This document shows positions 48,830 to 62,040 of a stretch of DNA of 64,000 nucleotides, piece after piece. The DNA is from Dimorphilus gyrociliatus (taxonomy: Eukaryota; Animalia; Annelida), in assembly GCA_904063045.1 (NCBI GenBank), contig CAJFCJ010000013.1, positions 294,623 through 358,622 of the forward strand, read 5' to 3'. Position numbers and translations under genes: made by a program. The number at the start of each line of letters is the position of its first letter. Position 1 is the first letter of the stretch. The notes beneath the pieces are model-generated. The model searched no databases and was not told the origin of the DNA. It saw only the letters and a list, made by a program, of their open reading frames with translations.

Positions 48830-49143
48830 AAGCACGACGAAAATGGTAAAGTTTTTAAGGATGATCATTAAAGAAAAGGATATATATATATATCTATATA
48901 TGTATGTATATGTATATGTATATATATATATATATTTATTTATATTTTATTAAATTTATATATATATATATATATAAATATATATATACAAGTCTATATA
49001 TGTATACCAAATATATCAACATGTATTCCTATGAATACATATATGTTTTTATAACACGTGTGTCCATTGCATATGTGTATCGTATATGTATTTGAATTTA
49101 TATATGTCGAATATATAAAATATATATATATATGTTTGTAGAC

Positions 49144-49178
<35 letters not shown>

Positions 49179-49424
49179 CATAAAATATTTATAAAAATTC
49201 GAATTGTTGGAAATAAACAAGAAAAGCTGAATACAGAGATATAAGAGACTTAACTGATGTTTTAATTTAGTCATTAGCTCAACGTACCGGAAATAAGATA
49301 AACTCCTGATTAAGACGCCTATTATCTGAAAGACGTTTATTGGTAAAAGAACGTACTTGGAACATAAAATTTGAAAACGTTTAGAAGAAGAAAAACGAGA
49401 AAAGTACGACAATGTAAACTAATA

Positions 49425-50297
49425 CTATTGAAATGCAGACGGATCACAGATATATATAGTAAAGCCTGAAGAACATGGTATAGCGCTGCATTCTTTGCGG
49501 ATCGTTGACGAAGTTCCATTCACTACAGTCATGCTAGAATTATATGGATAGATGAAATACATATCGCGACCTCGACAATGCTTGGTCAATTGATGATCAG
49601 TCACAAAATCGACGAGACTTTTTTCGAGCTTAGACTCATCTGCTACATACTTCTTAGCTGTCATTTTGACTGTCCTATTCTGGTGAGATTCGAGGCTTTC
49701 TGCGTCCTCGTCGAACGTGTCGCGCAGTCTTTGCAGGTAGCATTCATCTTTTGTTACATCCAGGTAGGCGGCAAATTGCTATAGGATAGAAAATAATTCT
49801 ACCATTAAAGCAGCCAACGCTTTCAGCGTGGATAGTAATTAATGACGTACCGCTTTATAATCCATTAATATCTGTGTTTCGTCCATATTTTTGGTTTTAT
49901 TACTATGCATTGTTATACATTTTTCCTCAAAGTTTATTTGCGAGGTTTGCGTAACTGGTTGATCTCTGTTGTCTAGTAGCTGAACAACAATAGGTCTACC
50001 CAACTGTGTTGGCCGGCGGGCATAGATTACGGCTAGGGCGATGACGGCGCCGAGTAGAGCAAGGGAAAATAGCACGAATGTTACGGACATGAAGACAAAT
50101 AACCTCCTGCTAGTCTTTCTCCTTCTATTTGCTAACGTCTTCAATTGGGGAACCTGGATTTCTTTTTCAGCCGAATTAGGTGTATTGAATGCAACATTCT
50201 TACCACCCCCTCCGCCTCCTCCGCCTCCTTTCTTCGAAGCCGCCAATTCATGGCCTTTTTCCTCCTCGTTCCTCGCAGGGTTCCCGAACGCCGTCAT
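49425..50297 (-). CDS. Type II membrane BRICHOS-domain protein
   Basis: TM LFVFMSVTFVLFSLALLGAVIALAVIYA; BRICHOS pattern LMDYK..AAY..CYL ... KHCRGRDMYFI. Exons 50297-49851 and 49778-49425, 72-nt intron. Confidence 0.8.
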
Positions 50298-50407
50298 GCT
50301 ATCGACTGAACAATCTACTCATCGCCAAACCAGTTTACATTTCTATTTTTCGTCTCGTCCTTTTAGGCGGCCGCTTCAGAAAGTACTCTGCAGTTAGGCG
50401 CTGAGCG

Positions 50408-50742
50408 ATGTATCCAGTCTCTCGCCTGCTCGTCTTAGTCCTATTGGCCTTACTTGTAGCTAACAGTGGTAAGCTAAACATTTAATTTTGTTGTTTTTTC
50501 CAACTCCGTTTACAAAGAAAAAAAACACTGAGTAAGATCGTCGTCTTTTCTTTAGTAAAAACAATTTTCATCAAAAAAGAAAAAAAAGAAAGAAAAAAAA
50601 AGCGTCACATTTTGGCGATAACTTTTTTCTTCATTAATTAATTTCACTTTTAGCAGCCAATTCATCAGTAATTTTCTTGTTGGATATAGTATATATACAT
50701 TATTTACAATATTAAAATATTAATATTTCATGTACATAAATA

Positions 50743-50774
<32 letters not shown>

Positions 50775-51504
50775 GTAACAGTAACAGTTGTTCCTCAATT
50801 TCAAATGATTCTGCTTATCAAAATTTGGAAATTTTATCTTAAATCTTGAAACAATGACGTAACAGATATATTTCTTCATCTTAGCCGTAGGATACATTGT
50901 TTTCCCTTTGTAGCAATGTGCAACAACTATCGCTAATATACTTAAATTAATAATACTTGTACCTATAGAACAACTTCTCTGCTACGAATGCAGTAGTAAG
51001 GAACAATCAAGTTGCGGTCCGTATTTCGAGTCATCGGCTTTCGAGAGCAAGAAGTGCTCTCTCAACGAGACGGTCTGTGCGCTTCAAAGGCAACCAAGAG
51101 AAACCGGTCAGCTTGTCGCCATAATTCGTAGCTGTTATACTCCCGGTAAGGCAACATCTCTAGGGCTACGTAATTTCCCGATTGCAGTTTCTTTTTTACT
51201 CAGATGCTATAGACATATACGAGACAGAGTAAAATCGTATTGTCATATCATGTAGGCAGTAGGCTGTAAACATTATTTTTACTTTTAATTACACTTTGTT
51301 TCCTTTCTCCATATATTTTTTCATACCCTTTATACAGGCCTATTTTCTGGCTTAAATTCGTCCGAAGGCTGTCGATATTGGACAAACAATCATAATTATA
51401 GGGCACTCTATTGCTTTTGCAGCACCGATTTGTGTAATAGCGGAGGTGTATTTCGAGTGTCGTTTGTCTTAATATTTTGTTTAATTTTATGTAAATTAAA
51501 GTAA
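50408..51504 (+). CDS. GPI-type Ly6/uPAR three-finger protein (quiver/sleepless-like)
   Basis: Signal-peptide exon 50408-50468 (MYPVSRLLVLVLLALLVANS); exons 50969-51145 and 51338-51504 give a 10-Cys LU pattern from LLCYEC to YCFCSTDLCN plus a hydrophobic tail. Confidence 0.88.
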
Positions 51505-52004
51505 GACAAGAAGAAGAAGAAGAAGAAGAAGGAGGAGGAGGAGGAGGAGGAGAAGAAGCGAAAAAGACTAAAATTTTTGTTTCGTTTTTTTTTTCTTTGT
51601 ATACGTAGCTCTGTGTATTTCTATTATACGACTTAAAGTAAATTAATATACCCTACGTACAATTGCTGCCATATTATGTGTGTACTGTATATGTACATAT
51701 ACGATCAAAACAACACGTTTATATTCATCCTTCTAGTAGCGAACATAATTCGATGAAATAAACATACTATAAAGAAGCACATTCAACTCATCCCTACTCA
51801 TTAGAACATATGTCTGAAAAAAAAAAGCGGAATGTGACCAACGCCATCTAATGTACACTGAAACGAGTATATCTAAACGATGACTAGTTAGGATTGTTTA
51901 AAGTTCTCTTCTGTTCTATGTCGCCTCCATTTCTTAAATTCTTTTTTTTTTTATTTTTTTTAGTTTTTTTTGTTTTTGTTGCTTTTTGTTGTTCTAATTC
52001 TCGT

Positions 52005-55000
52005 TTACAAATGCAGTTCGAGGGCTTCGCAGAATAGTTTTGCAACACCTTCTTTACTTGATCGTATCGTCAGACGGTACATCTGTTTGTAACAAGAAAA
52101 ATATTATAGTATGCACATGTTTTCTTATAATAGATGTACAGTATACACATCAATGTATACATATTTCTTGTTGTACATTATTTGATCAAAAACAAGATAA
52201 GTAACTTGAGAGAAACTTCAACCAACCTGTTTACTCAATTCCAATCTCATTAAGACACCTATCTGTTGTTGTCGAGTAGCCACTATACCGGCTCCAACGC
52301 AATTACTTTCATTCGGATCGACGCCTTCCAAAAATGAAAAACCAAAACCCATCAGGCGAGCTTTTACATTTTCTTTCGCCACGGAAAACTTAGCTTTAAA
52401 GATACTCTGATTCTCCTGTTGAGGTTGGCCAAGTGCCTTCCATCTTTGGAAGAATGTCTTCGAATTCATCGCTACACCTTCAACAAATTTACTTAACATT
52501 ACTGGAACACGAATAGATAAACGCTGATCTGTTTCCCAAGTTCCTCCACCCTTATACTTATACGTAAGCAACAGTTGAGGATTGGCTTCAAAAACTGTTA
52601 TACATTCGGTATTTATCTGAAGTTGTTTCTGAGCTCCGCCAGGCAATTCCGATTCAATTGGCTTTACGTCGATCATTAATTGACTTGATAATTCAGACGC
52701 ATTTGTTATTTCTGTTGTCAAGTTAGTCATTGGATAGTTAGACTTGTTTCCCAAAAATAAACAAACTCTTCCCAAATTCTGACGAAATTCCGACCTAACG
52801 CCCACTTGTATCAGCTCATTTTCAAAGAGAACTCCATTATTTTTAGTATAAAAAGCATTGAAATTATCTTGCGATTCTTGAGAGTTGGAACTCGAACTTG
52901 TTAGGTTATTATGATTGTTAGTTTCTGTAAGCGAATCTCCTCCTAAGGCTAGGTCGACGAGCAGAGAATTTCCAGTAGATTGTGTCGGGAGTGGTTCGAC
53001 GGTTTTTATTTGGGGAATCGATGGATCAACTAAATCTGTGATTGCTTGAGATGCGGGTGTCTGCTTATATGTAACTGGTGCATCTTTAGTGGCTGGACGT
53101 TTCTTTTTCAATTTTGCCAATATTGAACTTTGACGTTCGGGGAATGGAGGCATTTCTTCTAGAACAGTGGCCAACACATCAGCAGATGCAATGGTAGACA
53201 ATTGAAGATATTCTATGGCGCGTTGCTGCAATTCGACATCCGCGTTACGGATTTGATTCTCATTGCTTAAAACTTCTTGTACGTGAACTTTAATTTCAGG
53301 AAAGAGGTTAACAAATTTGATATAGGCTGATAAAAGAAGCCCTCTGGTTTGAACATTGCATAAATGAAATTTCGAATGCAGCAATTTAAATTGTATAAGA
53401 GGGCTAGAGCGTGGATCTCCAGCAATAAGATTGCCAAACTCTCCAAGAATATAACCACCGACTTTGACCATATTTTCGTGGCATGCAGGCGCCTGTAGGG
53501 CTTCAAAAACAGTTTTGGCAGCATACCCTTGAACGTCGTCCCGATTAATAACAATATGTATGACTCTATACCACACTTCTTCGCTAACGTAGTCACCGGC
53601 TACTCTAATTAAATTCAGGATTGTGTCAACGTACCAAGTATAATCTACGGCGTACTTTTCGGCTAAAATGGCAACTTTAAGCACCATCTCTTCCCTGATA
53701 GAATAATCGGCCGTTTCCAAATACGTCAGCATCTCAGAAACAATATCAGAGGCATTACTTCGATCGCACATAGCGTACAATAAATCAACAGCTCTTTGTC
53801 TTACGCTTACATCTCTCTCAGTTTTTAGGGCCTGAATTACCGTCTCTTGGTGCTTCTTAACAGCGTCATGGGAAAATTCAGATGTTGCCAAAAGACACAT
53901 ACTTTCTAAAGCTAAATATCTCAGATTAGTTTCTCTGTGCTGAAGAAACTGTCCTAATTGATTACAAGCTCTAACAAGCAAAGTAGGATCGCAATCCATA
54001 TGGATGATAAGGTTAATAGCTTCAAATAAAACAGCATTCTTTGCGTTGGAATGTTGTACTTTCTTCGATTTTGGAGGCTCTTGCGCTTTGTTCAATATCG
54101 TCTCCAAGCATTCTGGTAGTCGAGTCTTCACTCCAGGATCATCAGATGGAGGATAATTTTGCAGAAGTCGTAATAACTTAACGGACAGCCATGGAGCGGG
54201 TACAAAGTAATAAGTATAGTCTTGTAAATCAGTATACGAAGACGTAACAATTCTAGACAATCTGGAAACAGCCAATGTTACGCATCCTTTGTACTCTTCT
54301 GGATTTCTCTTTACAAGCGTATCAATTAAGGAAACGGCAGCAGTCACCACCCCCAAATGTTGATCATTTAATAAATGAATTATTCTAGATGACCATTCTT
54401 GCATTTTAATAACTTCAGGTGCATTACGAATTAATCTCAGCAGGCATAAAGCCGATGATTGCTTAACGGAATCAATTGTTTCTCCCGAAACTAGTAGTTT
54501 TGGGATAACTTGACCGAGTTCTTCGGCCATTTCGGCACTTCCAATGTTGGCAATACATTGTAAAGCCAAATTAACGTGAATTGGGTTACGAGAAGACAGG
54601 TCATTCTTTATTGATTGTATAACCAATTTCATAAGTTCGTTACTCTCACTTACTAAAACTGATATGAATAAATATCCTATTTGCTTCTCAGTATACTTGT
54701 TCGAGCTAAGTAGATTCACCGCCTCCATATGTCCAAAGTCAATATCGTGACCCAAAAGAAATATAAATAACAGCTTACATACATATTTCTTCTTTTGATA
54801 GCCATCCAAAGTTTTATCTCCTATAATAAAAAAAAAAAAATTACAATTGTAAACATCGCAGATGAGTGAAAGTCGACTATCAAAACACAATACTTAAAAA
54901 TATCATTTAAATAAAAAACATTAAAAATAAATAGAGAATTTAATATAAAATTCTTTTCTTTACCCTTGAACTTGGATCTGATATTAGCTAATTCCTTGTT

Positions 55001-55179
55001 AATTCTTTTTACTTCAGCCTCTCTACTTTTGCCTGTTTAAAAGAAGTACAAATAGAATTTATTATATTATTATGTACTGTATTTATATAGAAGAATAATA
55101 GAAAGGGATACTTACAATTTCTAATATCAGAAATAAAGACGGCCAAGCCACGCATTCCATCACCTTTTACTGCAGGCAT
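52005..55179 (-). CDS. AP2A: AP-2 complex subunit alpha (alpha-adaptin)
   Basis: [57 protein letters not shown]; trunk, hinge and appendage all present. Four exons, the large one 54820-52227. Confidence 0.98.
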
Positions 55180-55744
55180 CCTATCGATTGGTGCTGAAAA
55201 ATGTTTCAAATGTATAAGCCGCATAGTATGATGAATCAATTAATAAATAAATTTAAATATAAACCAATCAGTCACGAGTCACGCGAAAATGAAACCGTTT
55301 GTTTGTCCACATTAATTGAATATAGTCTTTAAGATTTTAAGAATCTTTAAGTAATTATTTTCTTTTCAAATAAATTGAATATTTATTCTTAAATTAGGAA
55401 TATAATAACAACAAACCGCCCCTTTACCGAATTAATTAAAAGCGCAGTCAACTCATATAAACAACTTATAGTTTTATAATTTTAGGTAATAATTTCTTTA
55501 CCATAGATTATCGACTGGAAAAAAAACAAGCAAGAAGCGTTATTTCAGTGAAAACAAAGGCGGTAAAAATCTCCCCAAATCAACTCAACAGGAACTGCGA
55601 CGCCATTATGACTAACCAAAACGAGACTGGTACTCCCACTATGGTACTCAATAAAATCAATTAATAGTTATATATTTTATATTTAATAAATATATTAAAA
55701 ATTATAACAAATAATAAAATAATAATTATTGATATCAACGAACT

Positions 55745-55792
55745 AGTGACATCTAGTACGGGATTTGGTTGGTGGATAGATAGATGGCGTTA
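55745..55792. promoter_or_regulatory. Divergent pair of CTCF-like motifs upstream of AP2A
   Basis: GTACTAGATGTCACT on the minus strand (55745-55759) and AGATAGATGGCGTTA on the plus strand (55778-55792) resemble the CTCF core CACTAGATGGCGC. Confidence 0.4.
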
Positions 55793-57421
55793 CGAAACGT
55801 GTGCCCGCGTATTTTAAACAGGCCTTTAGGCTTTTTCTTCACTAGCCAACTAGGGTTATTCTTCCATTAACAATTAATTATTATTTTTCTATTACAAATC
55901 GTTTAATGAACGATAACCGTTTTATTAATAATTCTCCTTGTTTTCTTATCCTATAAAAGTCTTCAAAGGGAAGAAGACAACACTGGAAAATTCGTCGGAA
56001 ACATCTTAAAATATCAGCACACAATCAGACAGAATATTTAGATTCAAGCATTTCCAAGGTCAAACGACGAATGGAACAATTAAATATTATTTATTTTCTT
56101 TCCTTACTAATGGGAGAATCATTGTTCTTTTATTTATTTGACATTTCTCTTAATTATTTACAAGAATAGGTCCAAAAAAAAAGAACATAGAATGGAATCT
56201 TCGTGGTCAACTCTAATTATTTTTGATATGGAACGTGTTAATTCTCTTTAGGGAAAGAATACCAAAAATTCCTCTGAAACAGACATAGTAAATGATCCAA
56301 GAGGAAGAAGTAGTATTTTAATTGAATGCAGCTGTTGTTATCCAAAATTTTCATTCCATAAATAGAAAAAATGTTTTTAAAGGATAAAAAAAGAAGTGCA
56401 TTATTTATGAAGAAAAATTCGAGTAATTTGCTTAATAAGTATAGGAAAGTAATAATTTCTTTTAATCATTATATTGTCACTATCCAATGAAAAGAATATT
56501 CTTCAAGCTCCCTTCCCCCTCTCTGTCGTTCTTGTTCGCTCTCTCTCTCTCTCTCTCTCTCTCTTCCTATATACATATATATTTATAGGTCTCTCTCTCA
56601 ATGCATATATTTACTGTCTCATATTCGAAATACTGAGGATGAAATATACTATTTCTGGTTGATTAGGTGAAATACTCTCATATTTTTATGATTATACGAC
56701 AGGTATTTTACTTAATTTAGCTAATAGTATCCACTTTAGCACCTGGCTTCTTTGTAATTAGGGGAGAGGAAGGTTATGAGGTCATTTGGGGGCCGATCAC
56801 TGTATGCTGCGTACACATATTAATAGACAATATTAATATAGCGCTGGCGTTTTGCCTCTGATCTTCTATATCACGACAATATGCGTAGTGAAAATATTTC
56901 AGCTATTCTCTCAAGACTAGCTATTAACCATAACAGATCACCAGAGAATGAAAAGGTCGCCGTCTTTATTCTTGATGAAAACGCTAACAAAGACTTATCT
57001 GCAAAGATAAAATTTTCCTAAAAGCTTCCTCTTATCATACCTACGCATGGAAGATGCTGCTGTCATCAGCAAGACTCTATACTGTAGCACCACCGGTTTC
57101 CAAGGTAACATTGCCTATCCGCAAAATAATTTTTTAGGAGGGTAAAAAATGTAAATTACCAATAAAAAATTGAGATATTTTAGCCATCGTCTATTTTCAA
57201 CTTGCAAACTAGTTAGTAGAGAAATAGTATTAGAAAAATAAATGGCCAAGAACCTTTTCGTTTTTCTTTATTTTTGTACAGCAATACGAATTTGAAAGAC
57301 GTTAAAATACATACAATTGTTCTTTTTCGGCAAAAACTTTAAAATACCATAGAGAGAAACAGTACATTCATAGTTTAGATATAAATAAGAATACCTATAG
57401 CACAAGTATGAATGTTTAATG

Positions 57422-57464
<43 letters not shown>

Positions 57465-57717
57465 ACTTTATATGCAATTCTATGAATAAAGTTTGTAAGT
57501 AAGATGAAGGCTGTGAACATACGTAAAATAGCTTTTATAAATTTGTAAATAAACGATGTTCAAAGAAACATTCTTTAAGAAATATACATGTACGAGTATC
57601 ATTATCATTTAATTTAACAAAAAAAGAAGGGCAGCTTTAATAGTAATGAATAACCAAATTCTAAAGCCAGAAAATTTCATCATAAAAAAGAACTCTTTGT
57701 TTTCTCCTGTTCCATTT

Positions 57718-59537
57718 CTAATTTCTTAAAAGAACAAATACTAGAAGTAGAATTAGTAGCGTCGTTGACATAGAAGTTTCAAGTTTCCCTCCCCAGTTAC
57801 CACCCACTAAGCTCTTATATTCTTGCGCTATTGGAAAAGAATAAAGAATGAGGAACGAATAATTATTAGAATATTATTAAGAAGAGTTATTGTATATTTA
57901 ATTTTATCTTATTTACTTTTAATTAATTTGAAATCATAATCCGCCTTTCCGAATTTATTTTCAGCTTTAATTGTATATTTCCCATAGTGTTTATCAGCAG
58001 CAACCTTAGATATTAGAATATTGATTTCTCGTTCGTCGTCGTATTTGTTTTTCTGTTTAAATTTAAAGAAATTAATTCCGTTCGATTTATCTTCGCAGAT
58101 GCAATTAAGAAAGAGAAATATACAAAAAACATTAATTAATCTATATCTCAATGTACATACCTCCTCGTAGAGTTTCAGTCCGAAATCAGGTGAATTTTTT
58201 AAATTACCACCTTTAGGTAATGTAAGAGAAACATCTGCTTTCGGATTAGATCTCACTTTACATACTATCTTAAATTTATCTCCAACTCTTCTCCTAAATT
58301 CCACAGCTTCGCAATTTAATTTTGGAGAATATTCAATAACAACTTTAACCTCTGTAGAGATTTTTTTAGTTTCTGGTACTTGAGCTGAACAAGTTAGTTT
58401 GGCGTTGTTATATTCAATAGCCACGCTATTACTCTTTAATGTATAAGACATATTGAAGTTTAGATCTGACTCCTCAGAAGATTTAATCGAAAGTCCAAAA
58501 TCGCTTGTAACGTCTACATTCTTTTCTCCACTCACTTCCTTATCTCTTGAAATAGTAACTTTTGGCTTAACTTTAGAACCTTGAACAATAACAAGGCAAC
58601 TTAGAAACTTTCGGTTTACTTCGTTGAGCGTAACAACACTTCCGTTCTTGTTGGATACTATGTTGTTGGAAAAGGGAGCGTACGATCTGAATTCAACTTT
58701 CCGAGGTAATACTAAGACGTTTAGGGTAAAGTTATAAACAGTCTCTTTGCAATGTTCCGAAGTGCAACTGCATTTATAAACTCCGCTGTCTGAGCCTTGT
58801 GCCCTGCTTAAATGGAATTTAATAATTGTACGACCGTCAGTCTCGGAATCTGTTGTTTTTGCATATCTATTGTTTTTATCTACAAGACCAGGAGTACCGA
58901 CGAGATAGAGAGCGGCTCTTGATTTTTCAATAATTCTCACTGACTCTGTAGCCGGTAGAACACAATTGATTACATAATCTTCACCTTCGCGCACGCTGTC
59001 CTCAGATTTTTCCCAGCCTAAATTTACAGCAGATACGGTCGATGTTAATAGTAGAAAACCTGTTTTTGAGGAATGATAAACTGGCCTATAATGACAGCTA
59101 TTTACTATATATTTAACAACATGTTCGCGTGGAATGGTTTTACTGTATGTAAATTAATCACGCGATGAACGTTTTAACACTTAATGAATAACAAACGTAA
59201 ACAAGGATACACTCCTCTGTTTTATATCGCTCTTAAAAGACAAAGGTGTTAAAGAATGAGGGGATCTGCTCGTGTTAAATAACAATTGTCTTGCATGGTA
59301 GATATAGCCCCGATCGAAAGGATAAAACAACACTGCAAACAGGTTATTCTAAACAAAACAAACTGAAATCTCGGAAAATCAATAAAATCACGCGACGTTT
59401 AGAAGAGCAAAGAAAAAAGTGGTAGAGACGACGGCTAAGAGAGAAGGAGGGGGGGTGTGTATTGGGTACAAAACAGAATAAAAGAAAAGAGAAAACATTT
59501 ATCATACGATGTTGTGTATCTTACCTAAGAATCTCAT
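57718..59537 (-). CDS. Three-Ig-domain cell-surface protein with GPI-type tail (lachesin/IgLON-like architecture)
   Basis: Signal MRFLG|FLLLTSTVSA (exon 59537-59525); Ig motifs YVINC..DSGVYKC, FLSC..KLTCSA, KIVCKVRSNP..YGKYTIKAEN; last exon 57827-57718 encodes TTLLILLLVFVLLRN*. Confidence 0.82.
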
Positions 59538-59787
59538 AATATTTTCCTCTTCTTGTCAGATCTAGAAACGGTATAAATAAATTTTGGCAGAGCTTCCTTC
59601 TAAGAGAAAACGTGCGGCAAAATATTGTTCCAGAGAATCACGCTCTGCCGTATACGAATACAGAATTTTTATTAATGAGTAGGGGAATTCGTAGGAAAAG
59701 CCCCAGCCTCGTTCCCAACAAGCGCGAATGAGTCATTTATATAAAAATATAAACTTGAACTAAAAAATAGCAAACTAGCTGTTTATC

Positions 59788-59818
<31 letters not shown>

Positions 59819-61216
59819 CTATTTAAAATGGTACTCGTTTATCATTCTCATTAGACGCCTATATACATCATATGATAAACGACTGCTACTTGTTTCATTG
59901 TCAATTAATTTGAGAATCCTTTTGCGGGTTTCAGTCAAAGTTCTTCTATGCTTTTCAAACCTGTCTGTTGACGATTTGCATAGTTTAGCCATAGAGTACC
60001 TAATAGCGTCGATAATAAAGTTAAATCCCTCCAATATGCTCATAATCGATATACCAGCTAAAACGCTTAGAATCCCGCCAATGTTAGCAGCTGTTGTATA
60101 AAGATCTCCCTTCGCTTCATTTCTATATTTTTCAGTTATCATAGTTGAGTAAAAAACGTTAACTTCCGTTTGATTTATATCCTCTCTAAACGGTAAAGTT
60201 GTAACTCTAGTATTATATTTAATACGATGACAAACATCTGGACAAATTCGATTTAATTTGTCCCTATTAATTTGCTCTAATTGCCTTTTGGAACTATCAA
60301 TACAACTTTTGAATATTGAAGAATTATTACAAGATTCTAGAAGAGAATTATTAAGATATTCGTAATAGTTGCAATTGCAATTAAATTCAACAATTCTTTG
60401 AAAGAGACTGTAGATGCAAGTTTGTCGAGTATAAAATGGTAATTCAGTCATTCCCTTGCTCCATTTAAAAGCAAAATAATCACGTTTCTTCATTTGTTTC
60501 TTTGTTAAATATTCACAATTGCTGTACGATTGTGGATTATCGATCCATTCCATCCTCCGTATTCCTACGTGATTAATAGTGGCTGGCGTTATGTAGATAC
60601 CGTCGATTTCCGGCAAAGGTGATTGGGTTTCTTCATGAATTTCTAATCTGATAATGGGACTATTGACAAGAAACTTTAAGCCTGTATCCTCTATCATAGA
60701 GTTGGCTTCCAGCAGTCCAAACTCGTTGTAAAGATAACAGTTTTTATAAAGATGGTGATTGTATCTTCTAAAATTACTGTTTAAATTGAATTAATTGATA
60801 TTTTTATTAAATAAAAAAAATTGATTTACTTGCCATTCTTGAAGATTATTATTAAAGTAGCACTTTAATGCCTTATCTGTTGCATTCCCCAGACAGAACG
60901 TAATAACAGGGTAAGTAAGGCGAGTATTGTAAGACTGAGTGATGCTAGTTGACGTTCTTCCTTCTGAAAAGGAGCGTAAAGCGAAAACCGTTGCACTCAG
61001 AGCGATAATTAACGATGCAGCAAAACACAAGGACCAAAAGTAACTTGTCAATTTGCCTCGAGCTGAAACAAAATAAGCCGGTCCGTGCGTATGTGTCTTC
61101 TCAGCATAATGATATACTAGTTCTTTGAAGTCTATAAAGTCGATTTGATTGTCGCTAAATGTGCCTGGTGAAGCTTTAAATACAATCCTTTCCCTGGGGT
61201 TTCTGTCAGAGGCCAT
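59819..61216 (-). CDS. DEG/ENaC/ASIC-family sodium channel, about 446 aa, reduced extracellular domain
   Basis: HG motif (THTHGP), TM1, YPVITFC, CYLYN, GLKFLVN, thumb cysteines, and TM2 NIGGILSVLAGISIMSILE. Exons 61216-60834 and 60776-59819. Confidence 0.92.
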
Positions 61217-61382
61217 TCCTCTTACGTAGACGCCGAACCGTCCCTCAATTAATTTTCAACTATTGAAAGGAGCGCGCAGTTCTAAAAACTGGTGATAAGT
61301 AATAAAAGTAATATTTTTCTATTGACCTTGACCTGTAATTGTTTTCTTAGGAGTTTACTTGCGATTCCTTTAAGAATCTGAT

Positions 61383-62040
61383 ATGGCGAGAAGATTAGGT
61401 AAATTAAACACAAAATCCTCTATGTTATTCCTATGCGATATGCAAGAGAAATTTAGGAGGACGATACAATATTATCCTTCTATTCTTGAGGTCAGTAGAA
61501 GGATGCTAACTGCAGCCAAGGCCTTAAATTTGCCAGTTGTCGTAACCGAACAATATCCAAAAGGACTTGGTCATACAGTAAAGGAATTAGATGTTAAAGG
61601 ATTCCCTATTATTGAGAAAACCCAATTTTCTATGTGTACTGCGGAAACTCGAGAACATTTAAAGAGCGTCAAAAATTTAAATTCTGTACTACTTTGTGGA
61701 ATTGAAGCACACGCGTGCGTACAACAAACAGCATTTGATCTGTTGGAAGATGGATATGACGTCCATATTTTAGCCGATGCGGTCTCATCAAGGAGTATGG
61801 TTGACAGGTCTGCTTTGAGCATTCGCAATGAAAAATGTTATATATTGACATGATACAATTTTTTCCTTTAGAATGCTGGCTTTCCGAAGAATGGAGAACG
61901 CTGGGGCTTTTATTACAACGTCCGAATCAGTTTTATTGATGCTTTGTAAAGATGCGGCTCATCCCAAATTTAAGGAAGTACAAAAGTGCATTTGGGAAGT
62001 GACCCCGGACAGCGCAATTCTCTCTGGACAGATTGAATAG
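61383..62040 (+). CDS. ISOC: Isochorismatase domain-containing protein
   Basis: [59 protein letters not shown]; one intron after the AG ending at 61807. Confidence 0.95.

Noticed and set aside
58053-58160. Stop-free, in-frame 108-nt stretch inside the Ig ORF, read as a coding insertion
   Set aside because: It has a good GT donor, AG acceptor and intron-like composition and interrupts the third Ig fold; treated as an ordinary intron.
30878-61851. ORFs antisense to or frame-shifted within real genes (e.g. 30878, 32906, 34059, 43660, 48473, 50041, 53267, 59898, 61571)
   Set aside because: Shadows of well-supported coding exons, with no independent motifs.
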